From the NCBI GenBank assembly GCA_026989145.1, contig JALSJU010000123.1, positions 42,778 through 106,777 on the forward strand: a DNA stretch of 64,000 bases, read 5' to 3'. The notes beneath the pieces are model-generated. The model saw only the letters and a list, made by a program, of their open reading frames with translations. It was not told the origin of the DNA and made no database searches. The translations under genes were made by a program, and so were the position numbers. This document shows positions 38,013-46,888 of the stretch, in pieces. This DNA comes from Thiotrichaceae bacterium. Its GTDB lineage: Bacteria; Pseudomonadota; Gammaproteobacteria; Thiotrichales; Thiotrichaceae. Numbering within the stretch: the stretch's first letter is position 1; every line of letters begins with the position of its first letter.

Positions 38013-38426
38013 TTAAGTCGTGATCACGTAATCATGCGTTACGTCTGCCGTTTTGCCCAGCATGATCGAGGCAGAGCAATATTTTTCAGCTGATAATTCA
38101 ATCGCGCGCTGTACCCGTTTTTCTGATAAATCATTGCCTTTAATAATAAAATGCAAATGAATTTTGGTGAATACTTTCGGCTCCTCACTGGCGCGCACTG
38201 CGGTTATTTCGACCTCACAATCAATAAGGTCTTGCTTGCTTTTTTTCAGCATTGAAACAACATCAAAGGATGCACAGCCACCTAAGCCAAGCAGCAACAT
38301 TTCCATGGGGCGGATGCCTAAGTTTCTGCCACCAAATTCTGGCGGGCCATCCATTACGACAGAATGACCGCTACTCGATTCACCCACAAAGCTCATATTA
38401 TCTAACCACTTTACGCGTGTTTTCAT
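38013..38426 (-). CDS. OsmC/YhfA-family protein
   Basis: RPMEMLLLGLGGCASFDV, LSAEKYCSAS. Confidence 0.93.
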   Translation of the reverse strand: MKTRVKWLDNMSFVGESSSGHSVVMDGPPEFGGRNLGIRPMEMLLLGLGGCASFDVVSMLKKSKQDLIDCEVEITAVRASEEPKVFTKIHLHFIIKGNDLSEKRVQRAIELSAEKYCSASIMLGKTADVTHDYVITT

Positions 38427-39382
38427 AGGACTGATAACTCCTTTTCAATTTCATCCATTAGCAAGCCCGAAATATTGGCAGAATAAATTTCATCCAGCTC
38501 GCGAATACAGGTTGGGCTGGTGACATTTATCTCGGTTAAGTAATCCCCAATCACATCTAAGCCAACAAACATTAAGCCCATTTCTTTTAAAACCGGGCCG
38601 ACTTTGGCGCAAATTTCTAGCTCCCGTTTAGTTAAGTCGCGTCCTTCTGAGCTTGCGCCTGCAGCTAAATTACCACGACCTTCACCTTCGGCAGGAATGC
38701 GTGACAAGCCGTGCGGAAACGGTGTGCCGTTAATCAATAAAATACGTTTGTCGCCTTTTTTAAAATCCGGTAAAAACTCCTGCGCCATCACCGTTTGCGT
38801 ACCATTTTGAGTAATCGCCTCTAAAATCACATTGCGGTTGGTATCTCCTTCTCGTACTTGAAAAATCATTGAGCCGCCCATGCCATCAAGTGGTTTAACA
38901 ACGATATGCTTAAGTTCTTCCTGAAAGGCTTTAATCCGCTCCATATCACGGGTCACCAAGGTTTTTGGTGAGCAATCAGGAAACATTGCGGTGAATAATT
39001 TCTCATTAGCAGAGCGAATACTGGCAGGACGGTTAACGATTAAACAACCTTGTTTTTCTGCCAGCTCAAGCAAGTAAGTGGTGTAAATATACTCCATATC
39101 AAACGGTGGATCTTTACGCATCAGCACACTGGATAATTCATGCAAAGGGCGGGTTATCTCCTCACCCAGCGTATACCAAGCTGCCGGATCATCCTTAACA
39201 CTCACGGGAAACATTCTAGCAAACACCTGCCCATCTTTTAAAAAAAGATCGCCTTGTTGAAAATAATAAAGGTCATATTCTCTACGCTGAGCCTCCAGCA
39301 TCATGGCGAAGGAACTGTCTTTTTCAATTTTGATTGAATCAATAGGATCCATTAGAACCCCGAGACTTATTTTATTGCTCAT
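38423..39382 (-). CDS. gshB: Glutathione synthetase
   Basis: MDPIDSI..KDSSFAM, MRKDPPFD, NEKLF, KPLDGMGG, RGNLAAG, EINVTSPTC. Confidence 0.97.
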   Translation of the reverse strand: MSNKISLGVLMDPIDSIKIEKDSSFAMMLEAQRREYDLYYFQQGDLFLKDGQVFARMFPVSVKDDPAAWYTLGEEITRPLHELSSVLMRKDPPFDMEYIYTTYLLELAEKQGCLIVNRPASIRSANEKLFTAMFPDCSPKTLVTRDMERIKAFQEELKHIVVKPLDGMGGSMIFQVREGDTNRNVILEAITQNGTQTVMAQEFLPDFKKGDKRILLINGTPFPHGLSRIPAEGEGRGNLAAGASSEGRDLTKRELEICAKVGPVLKEMGLMFVGLDVIGDYLTEINVTSPTCIRELDEIYSANISGLLMDEIEKELSVL

Positions 39383-39454
39383 TGTTGATACCTCTGTAAT
39401 CTAACTTAACTCTCATAATAACCCATTGTCGCCTTGTTAGGCAGTACGGTTACA

Positions 39455-39488
39455 CGTGTAAATATGGAGTGAACTCCATATTTACACG
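39455..39488. repeat. Perfect 16-bp inverted repeat upstream of gshB
   Basis: CGTGTAAATATGGAGT-GA-ACTCCATATTTACACG. Confidence 0.85.
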
Positions 39489-39672
39489 ATACAATAGAGT
39501 CTGACCTATTGACTAAACTTAGGCGATGTATAACAGATATATTCCCAAACATGGCATTAAAAGTTTTATGCAAGAACTGATAAAGTTCTCTGAAAGAAAT
39601 TACTCAAAAATAACTTTACACTCTAGAAATTACCCTGAGTTAGACTCATGCCCATTACCTTTTTTGGGGCAC

Positions 39673-39702
39673 AAAAAAGCCCACCAATAAGGTGGGCTTT
39701 TA
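39673..39702. terminator. Intrinsic terminator after the Ig-like gene
   Basis: AAAAAAGCCCACC-AATAA-GGTGGGCTTTT; T tract follows on the minus strand. Confidence 0.75.
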
Positions 39703-39725
39703 AAAGTTTAAGTTACGCTCAGAGC

Positions 39726-42700
39726 TTACTGAACAGTAACCATTCTTCTTGCTACTGCTGTATTACCATCAATATCAGTAACACTATAATAGATGAAGTA
39801 AGCTCCTGCAGTGGAAACATCAACACTTGTACTATCAATTATTACTGAACTTGATAGGTCACCATCAGATGTATCAGTTGCTGTAGCAGTTAATGAACCA
39901 TCAATTGGCAAAGGCGTTCCCACGGGGTGAGTAATATCACCACCAACTAAATTAATCTCTGGAACATCAGTGTCTTTTACCACTACTGTTCTGGTAGTTG
40001 TAACTGTTTTACCAGACTCATCGACTGCAACATAAACAACAACAGTAGTTCCTGCGACAGACGTATCTACTGTACCGTAAGATTTCACTCCAAGATTTTC
40101 ACCCGTGATTAAAGACTTTGCAGTTGCTCCATACTCAACATAGTTTTCACCAACATTTAAAGCGATAGTTGCTGCTTTACCATCTTTATAACCGCCATTT
40201 AACAGAATTTTTGAGCTCTGTGAAAGACCTGGATCATCTTGATAGTAAACAGGTAAACGTGTTGTTAGTGGTCTCTCAGTTGTTTTATTGGTAGTTATAC
40301 TTATGTAGAAACCTGAATCATCAACCACACTATTATTATCGGTTAATTTAAAGTCATTATTAGGCCCAGTTTGAACAGTAACTTTACCAGAATCATTAAT
40401 CACATAGTCGAGACCTAGTACAGCACGTTGGCCATCAATAGTTACAGCGTACCACTTATTAGTAGTTGTACTGTTTTGTACAGAACCAATAATTACATTG
40501 GTTGCAGATTCTATAATACGAACAACAGGTGGCTTAGTATCTGTTGAAGGAACAGGTGGCTCTCCTGCTGGATCATCTGAACAACTCCCCCATGTACCAT
40601 ACGGGCTTGCTTGGTTAGGCGGTGGGTTTTCAGTTTTTACATCTGCAGCTAACACCGGCAATGTAAACTCTGTACGTTCAAGATACTCTGTACCAGCTAC
40701 GACAGTAGAAGCTTCAATCGCCTGATCTGACCACCAAGCTCTGCTTTTAGGGTAAACAACCTGTACGACAATTTTACCATTCGCATCTGTTACACCAGAA
40801 CCTGTCACTGTTGCATCATGAGTAGGTTCTAATTTACCATTGTTATTTGTATCCTCACCCGCATCTAAATTACCATCATTATCAAAGTCTTCCGATGGAC
40901 AGGTTGCTGTAGTTATTCTATTCCACTGCTTATCTTCACCATTTTCTGTATAGGCTAAATAACCTTTATAATACTTTGTAGGTGTAATGGTAAAATCAAT
41001 TTTCTGATCCTTTATTGGATTACCTGCACTATCAGTTACTATTACACCATAACTCTTCGTATAGAAAATTTCATCTGCAGAAACCAAATGATCATGACCT
41101 AATACGATGCGCAGTGCTTTTCCGCCTACCGTCAGCTTAATTTCATCGGCAATACTTGGCGCACTTTGTACATAGGTTTTAATAACGACACCATCTTTAG
41201 CACTTGATGCATCTCCCGCCGTGTAGGATACAGTCGCTCTACCCAGAGAATCTGTAATTGCAGACCCTTGGCTTAGTGAGCCGTTAACCGTATCTTCCAA
41301 GTTAAAAACAATCGTTTTATTTTTAACGGGGTTGTCGTCAATATCACGAATTTTTGCAACAATTGTACTAGTGCCTTTAGGAGCTATTAAGGTAGGATCT
41401 GCTTGGGTATTAAGGTAAGTCGGTGTTGTAGCAACAAATTCACCTTGTAAGGATGTCGACAAACCATCTCCTGTCGTAATAGTGACAACCGTTTGACCCG
41501 CCTTAGGCGAAGATAATGTAAATGTTGCTTTACCATCCGCATCCGTTGTAACAGATGAAGTAGAAACTACGCCACGTGTTGCATTGACACTGATTGTTTT
41601 ATTGGCTTGTGGTGTTCCATTGTTTTTCCACTCTAATGTTAATGTATTATTGCTGCCAACAGATACATCATCTAAGTTACCGGTTAAAGTAAACTCATCA
41701 CCTGATACTTTAACGTCTTTAATATATTCCGCTCCAAGTGCTTTAGCCGTAATTTTATCATCACCACCCACTGTGCCGGTTAGCGTAAACTCAATTTCAC
41801 CTTTTGCATTGGTTTGGCCCGTTGTTGAAATCGCGTTACCTTTTGATGAGCTTAGCTCTACATCTTTATAGGCAAGTGGTTTATTCTCACTATCTTTTAG
41901 CTTTAATACATAAGGGAGCGTTTTATTAAAAGTTATTGCTTCTGCACCATCAATAGCCACCGTTGTACCAACGACTTCAACCTTAATTGTTTTAGTCAAT
42001 GAACCTGATGTTGCTGTTAACGTAAGTATTCTGTTTTCCGCAGCACCTGGTGTCAACACCGCAGTATGAACAGCTCCAGTTGATGGGTTTACTTCTAAAT
42101 TTGCATCTTTATCGACACTAAAGTTAACTACCGCACCCTCTAATAAATTATTATTTGCATCTTTAGTAACTACTGAAATAGTTATGGGCTTTGTTCCTGC
42201 AGACTGTAGCTCTCTCGAACTTGCTGAAAATGTAAATGAATGAGCAGCTATCTCCCCTGGTACGACAACCTCTTCTGCCTTTATCACGTTGATTTTAATG
42301 GTTTCTGTTTTATCACCTGACTTAACAGTAACCGTAAGAACATCACCTTCTTTTGCTCCGCCCTGTGTAAGTGTTGCAACGCCACCTTTCACAACTAGTG
42401 TGGCATCATTATCGACACTAAAGCTATATTTTGCGGTATCAATAACAATATTATTTGCGTCTTTTGCAATTGCAGTAATCAGTACAGATTTTGAGCTATC
42501 CGATTCTAAGTTTTTAGAACTCGTTGTTAAGTTAAGTGAAGAAACCGTAACTTCTTCTGTCTTATTAGGCGTATCATTTCCATTATTATTAGTGCCACTG
42601 TTAGTAGTATCTTGTTTACTACCAGAGTCAGCACCTCCAAAACTACTATCGCCCCCACAGCCTGCAAGAGCAATTGCAACAGCAAGAGGCGATACGATTT

Positions 42701-42773
42701 TTACAAAACGAGTTGTATTTAACTTTTTAGACATGGGAGAGACCTTTGTTTTTGGTTTATTATTGTTATTCAT
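39726..42773 (-). CDS. Large Ig-like (Big_1/invasin-type) lipoprotein with C-terminal DUF5011-like domains
   Basis: LAGC lipobox; repeated TT..G.A.F/V Big-type strands; DFDNDGNLDAGEDTNNNG Ca-binding-like motif; G.Y.I.YSVTD.DGN C-terminal modules. Start may be 42734. Confidence 0.78.
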   Translation of the reverse strand: MNNNNKPKTKVSPMSKKLNTTRFVKIVSPLAVAIALAGCGGDSSFGGADSGSKQDTTNSGTNNNGNDTPNKTEEVTVSSLNLTTSSKNLESDSSKSVLITAIAKDANNIVIDTAKYSFSVDNDATLVVKGGVATLTQGGAKEGDVLTVTVKSGDKTETIKINVIKAEEVVVPGEIAAHSFTFSASSRELQSAGTKPITISVVTKDANNNLLEGAVVNFSVDKDANLEVNPSTGAVHTAVLTPGAAENRILTLTATSGSLTKTIKVEVVGTTVAIDGAEAITFNKTLPYVLKLKDSENKPLAYKDVELSSSKGNAISTTGQTNAKGEIEFTLTGTVGGDDKITAKALGAEYIKDVKVSGDEFTLTGNLDDVSVGSNNTLTLEWKNNGTPQANKTISVNATRGVVSTSSVTTDADGKATFTLSSPKAGQTVVTITTGDGLSTSLQGEFVATTPTYLNTQADPTLIAPKGTSTIVAKIRDIDDNPVKNKTIVFNLEDTVNGSLSQGSAITDSLGRATVSYTAGDASSAKDGVVIKTYVQSAPSIADEIKLTVGGKALRIVLGHDHLVSADEIFYTKSYGVIVTDSAGNPIKDQKIDFTITPTKYYKGYLAYTENGEDKQWNRITTATCPSEDFDNDGNLDAGEDTNNNGKLEPTHDATVTGSGVTDANGKIVVQVVYPKSRAWWSDQAIEASTVVAGTEYLERTEFTLPVLAADVKTENPPPNQASPYGTWGSCSDDPAGEPPVPSTDTKPPVVRIIESATNVIIGSVQNSTTTNKWYAVTIDGQRAVLGLDYVINDSGKVTVQTGPNNDFKLTDNNSVVDDSGFYISITTNKTTERPLTTRLPVYYQDDPGLSQSSKILLNGGYKDGKAATIALNVGENYVEYGATAKSLITGENLGVKSYGTVDTSVAGTTVVVYVAVDESGKTVTTTRTVVVKDTDVPEINLVGGDITHPVGTPLPIDGSLTATATDTSDGDLSSSVIIDSTSVDVSTAGAYFIYYSVTDIDGNTAVARRMVTVQ

Positions 42774-43064
42774 TTTTTTTTCGTTGTTTTAAAGTTGGCG
42801 CTATTAACTAGCAAATTATTTTATTTATTGCGCCTATTCTAAGTTCTCTACCGCTTTTCTGTCAAGAAAACCCCCTTATCATCAGACGGGTGGTAGTTTA
42901 GCAAGTTTTCATTTGGCCTTTCAGATTGGTGAACTGACTTATGTCGGCATCTTTTTTCCAACGTTGAATGCTTTGCGAGCAATTATCAGCACTTTTTTCA
43001 CACCGAAAAGAGAAAATAAGCAGTCTGCTAGGGAGCTTTGGAAAGCAGTCCGTTCCACGTAACG

Positions 43065-43220
43065 CGTAGGTTGGATAAGCGTAGCGCCATCCGACATGAC
43101 GGTGGCATCACATACCTAAATCATTTATGACCTGCCGGGTTTACCGAGTAGCTTTTATTTGCTTGGCTGCGGAGTTTTACATGGTTATGTCCGATGGCGC
43201 TAGCGCTTATCCAACCTACG
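43065..43220. repeat. Inverted pair of GTAG-family REP elements (REPIN/BIME-like)
   Basis: CGTAGGTTGGATAAGCGTAGCGCCATCCGACAT (43065-43097) and its near reverse complement at 43187-43220. Confidence 0.82.
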
Positions 43221-43250
43221 TTTAATCTACATATCTTATCTAGGTTTTCC

Positions 43251-43500
43251 TTGCTTCGACCAACATCAGTTCTTTCTTCGGAAGGTGATTTAGTTTCGAA
43301 AGTTATTGATGACTTTGCTAAAAAGGTTATCAGATCACTTCGTATTGGGGGTGTCCGTTGCTTCGACCAACATCGGCACTTCCTTCGGAAGGTGGTTTGG
43401 CTTCGAAAGTTATTATAACTTTGCTACAACGGTTATCAGGTCACTTCGCACTGGGTATGTCCGTTGCTTCAACCAACATCGGCACTTCCTTCGGAAGGTG
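43251..43500. repeat. Tandem array of 106-107 bp non-coding repeats (two full units plus one partial)
   Basis: Units begin TTGCTTC(G/A)ACCAACATC at 43251, 43358 and 43464. Confidence 0.92.
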
Positions 43501-43540
43501 CAGCGATGTACTTTTCAGCTCCTAGGGAGCTTTGAAAAGC

Positions 43541-43576
43541 AAAAAAAGACCGCTGTATAATTAAATAGAGCGGTCA
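43541..43576 (-). terminator. Intrinsic terminator of tsaE-amidase
   Basis: Minus strand GACCGCTCTAT..ATACAGCGGTC-TTTTTTT. Confidence 0.7.
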
Positions 43577-43622
43577 AAATCACATCGAAGGAAGTTTATT
43601 ATTAGTAGGGTAAAGTGGTTAA

Positions 43623-44855
43623 TTATCCATATCGCGTATCGGTCTCTCCAAGTGCTATTTGATACTGCCGTATGCCTTTAAATATAGCTTTGGCTAATTT
43701 ATCTTGGTGCTTTCTGGTTTTTAATCTTTTTTCTTCCATCGGGTTGCTAATAAAGGCAGTTTCAATCAGCATTGATGGGATGTCGGGTGACTTTAATACG
43801 ACGAAACCCGCACTTTCTACACGACGGCGTAATAAATGATTTACATGGCCTAGCTCTTTTAGCACACCGCTGGCAAGCTCTAAGCTTCTATCAATTGTGT
43901 CTGATAGAGATAGGTCGAGTAACATTGAAGAGACGACACGATTTTTTGGTAATAGGTGCGCACCTCCCATTTTTGACTCATAGGTGTTTTCACTGTTTGC
44001 AAGCCAACGTGCAGCTTCACTTGAAGCTCCATTCTCTGAAAGTATGTAAACGGATGATCCCGTTAATGAGCGAACGGGGTTTGCGTCGGCATGTATAGAT
44101 ATAAATACGTCTGCTTTTTTCGTACGTGCTTTTGCAATACGTTTGCGTAGTGAGACGTAATAATCACCATCTCTAATTAATACCGCCTTCATGCCTGGTT
44201 GGCGGTCGACACGCTTTTTTAATAATTGTGCGATTTTTAAAACCACATCTTTTTCTCGAGTGCTTTTTTTACCTACTGCTCCTGGATCACGCCCCCCATG
44301 CCCTGCATCAATTGCAACCACAATTGGCTTGCCACCCACAGTACGTGCCACTGCACTGAGTGCTTTTTTGGCTTGGCGGCCGGGTGTTTTATCTTTTTCT
44401 TTTTTAAAGGGGCTGAGTGCTACTTCTAAAAAGTAGCTGTCGCCTTTTGTGATAAGCTTGGTTTTGGCTTTGGTTTTTTTAGCCATATCCAACACCACGC
44501 GAAAATCACCTTTATTGCGTGTGGCTTGGCGGATATTTTTAATCACTTGTTGCTTGTTGTTACGACCAAGCTTTAGTTTTGATTTTGCTTGAGTACCGAG
44601 AAAATCAATCACGATACGATCAGGAGAAGTTAACGTAGAAACCTTGTGGCGCACAGATTTATCCAGCTCGAATACGAGACGGCTTTTACCATCGCTGGAT
44701 TTTTTAAAGGTGACTGAAGTGACATTGGCGCTACTGGCTCGTCCTTTAGCAAAAACTTGCGGCGTAACACTGCTTACCCCAGCAACGCCCATTGCTTGAC
44801 CGAGTCTCAGTACGAAGTCTCTTCGCTTCTGACTGATACTTTTCATTTTCCCCAA
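43623..44855 (-). CDS. N-acetylmuramoyl-L-alanine amidase (AMIN + Amidase_3; AmiB/AmiC-like, Tat signal)
   Basis: KRRDFV twin-arginine; RIVID AMIN; VAIDAGHGGRDPGA, FISIHADA, SMLIETAFISN. Confidence 0.93.
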   Translation of the reverse strand: MGKMKSISQKRRDFVLRLGQAMGVAGVSSVTPQVFAKGRASSANVTSVTFKKSSDGKSRLVFELDKSVRHKVSTLTSPDRIVIDFLGTQAKSKLKLGRNNKQQVIKNIRQATRNKGDFRVVLDMAKKTKAKTKLITKGDSYFLEVALSPFKKEKDKTPGRQAKKALSAVARTVGGKPIVVAIDAGHGGRDPGAVGKKSTREKDVVLKIAQLLKKRVDRQPGMKAVLIRDGDYYVSLRKRIAKARTKKADVFISIHADANPVRSLTGSSVYILSENGASSEAARWLANSENTYESKMGGAHLLPKNRVVSSMLLDLSLSDTIDRSLELASGVLKELGHVNHLLRRRVESAGFVVLKSPDIPSMLIETAFISNPMEEKRLKTRKHQDKLAKAIFKGIRQYQIALGETDTRYG

Positions 44856-45034
44856 ACTTCTTTTTAGTGAATCAAACTCAATTTTTTAAACAGGAAGCCC
44901 TTCTTGCTTATTTAGAGTATTGTTCAATATTTATACGACTACTTTATGTTGTTAGTAGAACCTAATGGTTAATCTTTTTCAAGTGAATTTTACCATTAAA
45001 TCGTAAGTTGCTGTTATCACTTATAAAGTTCATT

Positions 45035-45454
45035 TTATTTTTTAATGCTTTCAATCGTCCTAGCTTCATCTAAATATTCAATATTTATGATTAAATCGGC
45101 ATCAGGTAGATAACCTTGTGCTTTTTCTGGCCATTCAATTAAACACAAAGCATCACCCATCCAGTAATCCCTGCCTCCCATGTATTCGAGTTCTTCTGGG
45201 TCTGCTAAGCGATATAAATCGAAATGATAAATATTTCGTCCTTCTATTTCATAAGGCTCTACAAGCGTATAAGTAGGGCTTTTTACTGTGCCTTGATAAC
45301 CTAAGTGGCGTAATAAACCCCGCACCAAGGTCGTTTTACCTGCGCCTAAATCACCGTTTAGAAAAACCAACCCGCCTTTAGGAAACTTTTCTGCAAGCTC
45401 CCCGCCAAATTTCATCATGGCTTTTTCATCAGGAATGTGAATAATTTTTTTCAT
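45035..45454 (-). CDS. tsaE: t6A biosynthesis ATPase
   Basis: LNGDLGAGKTT, VKSPTYTLVEPY, HFDLYRL, LIEWPE. Confidence 0.96.
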   Translation of the reverse strand: MKKIIHIPDEKAMMKFGGELAEKFPKGGLVFLNGDLGAGKTTLVRGLLRHLGYQGTVKSPTYTLVEPYEIEGRNIYHFDLYRLADPEELEYMGGRDYWMGDALCLIEWPEKAQGYLPDADLIINIEYLDEARTIESIKK

Positions 45455-45459
45455 AGGTA

Positions 45460-45620
45460 GGAGCCTGTCCGAGAACTGATTAGCCTACTACGAAAAAGCT
45501 ATTTTGGTCATATTTTTCGCTAATTTTCATCGAATAAAACAACTATTCGATGAAAATGACCAAAAAACCTGTCTCAAAATTGCTTTCTCTCGCTACGGCT
45601 ACAGTTCTCGGACAGGCTCC
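45460..45620. mobile_element. 161 bp MITE-like element
   Basis: Perfect 19-bp terminal inverted repeats GGAGCCTGTCCGAGAACTG / CAGTTCTCGGACAGGCTCC; central hairpin TTTTCATCGAATA..TATTCGATGAAAA. Confidence 0.75.
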
Positions 45621-45625
45621 GACAA

Positions 45626-45634
45626 TGCTATGAT
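45626..45634 (+). promoter_or_regulatory. Extended -10 promoter, probably giving a leaderless queG mRNA
   Basis: TG-C-TATGAT ends 6 nt before the queG ATG; no Shine-Dalgarno visible. Confidence 0.5.
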
Positions 45635-45640
45635 GCTTGA

Positions 45641-46726
45641 ATGGATACAGATTATATCACTAATAACGAAGTTCTAAACCTTGCAACACTCAATCAATGG
45701 GCGCAAGAGTTAGGCTTTCAACAACTCGGGGTTAGTGATATCAATCTTGCTACTACGGAACAATACCTTACAGAATGGCTAGCAAAAGGTTTTGCAGGGG
45801 ATATGGAGTGGATGGGTCGCCACGGTACAAAAAGAACACGCCCAGACAAATTAGTACCAGAAACAATAAGCATTATTAGTGTAAGAATGGACTATCGCCC
45901 TCCTGAAAATTATGACCCTGAAATGATTTTAAATCATCCAGAGTTAGCTTATGTATCCCGCTATGCCTTAGGCCGTGATTATCATAAAATGATGCGAAAG
46001 CGCTTACAAAAGTTGGCAAAAAGAATTGAAACGGTGTTGGTTAAAGAGAATAAAAATAACGAAGGTTTCCAATACCGTGTGTTTGTCGATAGCGCCCCTG
46101 TTATGGAGAAACCAATCGCTGTAAAAGCAGGGCTTGGCTGGCAGGGTAAACATACCAATGTATTAAACAAAGATGCTGGGTCATGGTTCTTTTTAGGGGA
46201 AATTTATACAAACTTAGCGTTAGAGCCTTCCAAAGAGCGCAATGATCATTGCGGTGATTGTACGGCGTGTATTGACATTTGCCCGACGCAGGCAATTGTA
46301 AAACCTTATGAATTAGATGCTCGACGTTGTATCTCATACCTTACAATTGAACATAAAGGCGTTATTGCAGAAGAGTTTCGTTCCGCCATTGGTAACCGAA
46401 TTTATGGTTGCGATGACTGCCAATTGATTTGCCCATGGAATCGTTTTGCGAATGTTGCTACCGATAATAACTTTAGCATTCGGCATAACCTCGACTCAGA
46501 AACCTTATTAAACTTATTTACATGGAGCGAGTCTGAATTCCTAAAAAAAATGGAAGGCTCACCCATCCGACGCATTGGCTTTGAACGCTGGCAAAGAAAT
46601 ATTGCTATCGCCTTGGGAAATGCACCTGCGTCCCAAATAATAATAGATGCGTTAAATAAACAATACGCCGTTGCGAGCGAAGTTGTTCGTGAGCATATCG
46701 ACTGGGCTATAAAAAACTTGCGATAA
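45641..46726 (+). CDS. queG: Epoxyqueuosine reductase
   Basis: SRYALGRDYH, FVDSAPVMEK, CGDCTACIDICPT, RIYGCDDCQLICPWN. Confidence 0.96.
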   Translation: MDTDYITNNEVLNLATLNQWAQELGFQQLGVSDINLATTEQYLTEWLAKGFAGDMEWMGRHGTKRTRPDKLVPETISIISVRMDYRPPENYDPEMILNHPELAYVSRYALGRDYHKMMRKRLQKLAKRIETVLVKENKNNEGFQYRVFVDSAPVMEKPIAVKAGLGWQGKHTNVLNKDAGSWFFLGEIYTNLALEPSKERNDHCGDCTACIDICPTQAIVKPYELDARRCISYLTIEHKGVIAEEFRSAIGNRIYGCDDCQLICPWNRFANVATDNNFSIRHNLDSETLLNLFTWSESEFLKKMEGSPIRRIGFERWQRNIAIALGNAPASQIIIDALNKQYAVASEVVREHIDWAIKNLR

Positions 46727-46888
46727 TCTTTAGAGTTATCGAAAGTTTAGGTGTTAATTAAAAAAACACTTTAGCGACTGAAAATAGCCACTTGACCAAT
46801 TTTTAATCAGTTAAGCTGGCAACGGATGAAACCATAAGGTAAGTTAACAATTGTTGTTTAGGGCATTTAACCAAAAGGCTAAAAATAA

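Noticed and set aside
43405-43425. loxP-like site (AAGTTAT/ATAACTT)
   Set aside because: The arms are in the reverse order with a 1-nt spacer rather than 13-8-13, and no recombinase is nearby.
43251-43500. CRISPR array
   Set aside because: Units are 106-107 bp and similar over their whole length, with no unique spacers and no cas genes in the window.
43194-43560. ORFs 43194-43418 and 43306-43560 as proteins
   Set aside because: They lie over REP and tandem-repeat DNA whose unit length is not a multiple of 3, and show no RBS or protein motif.
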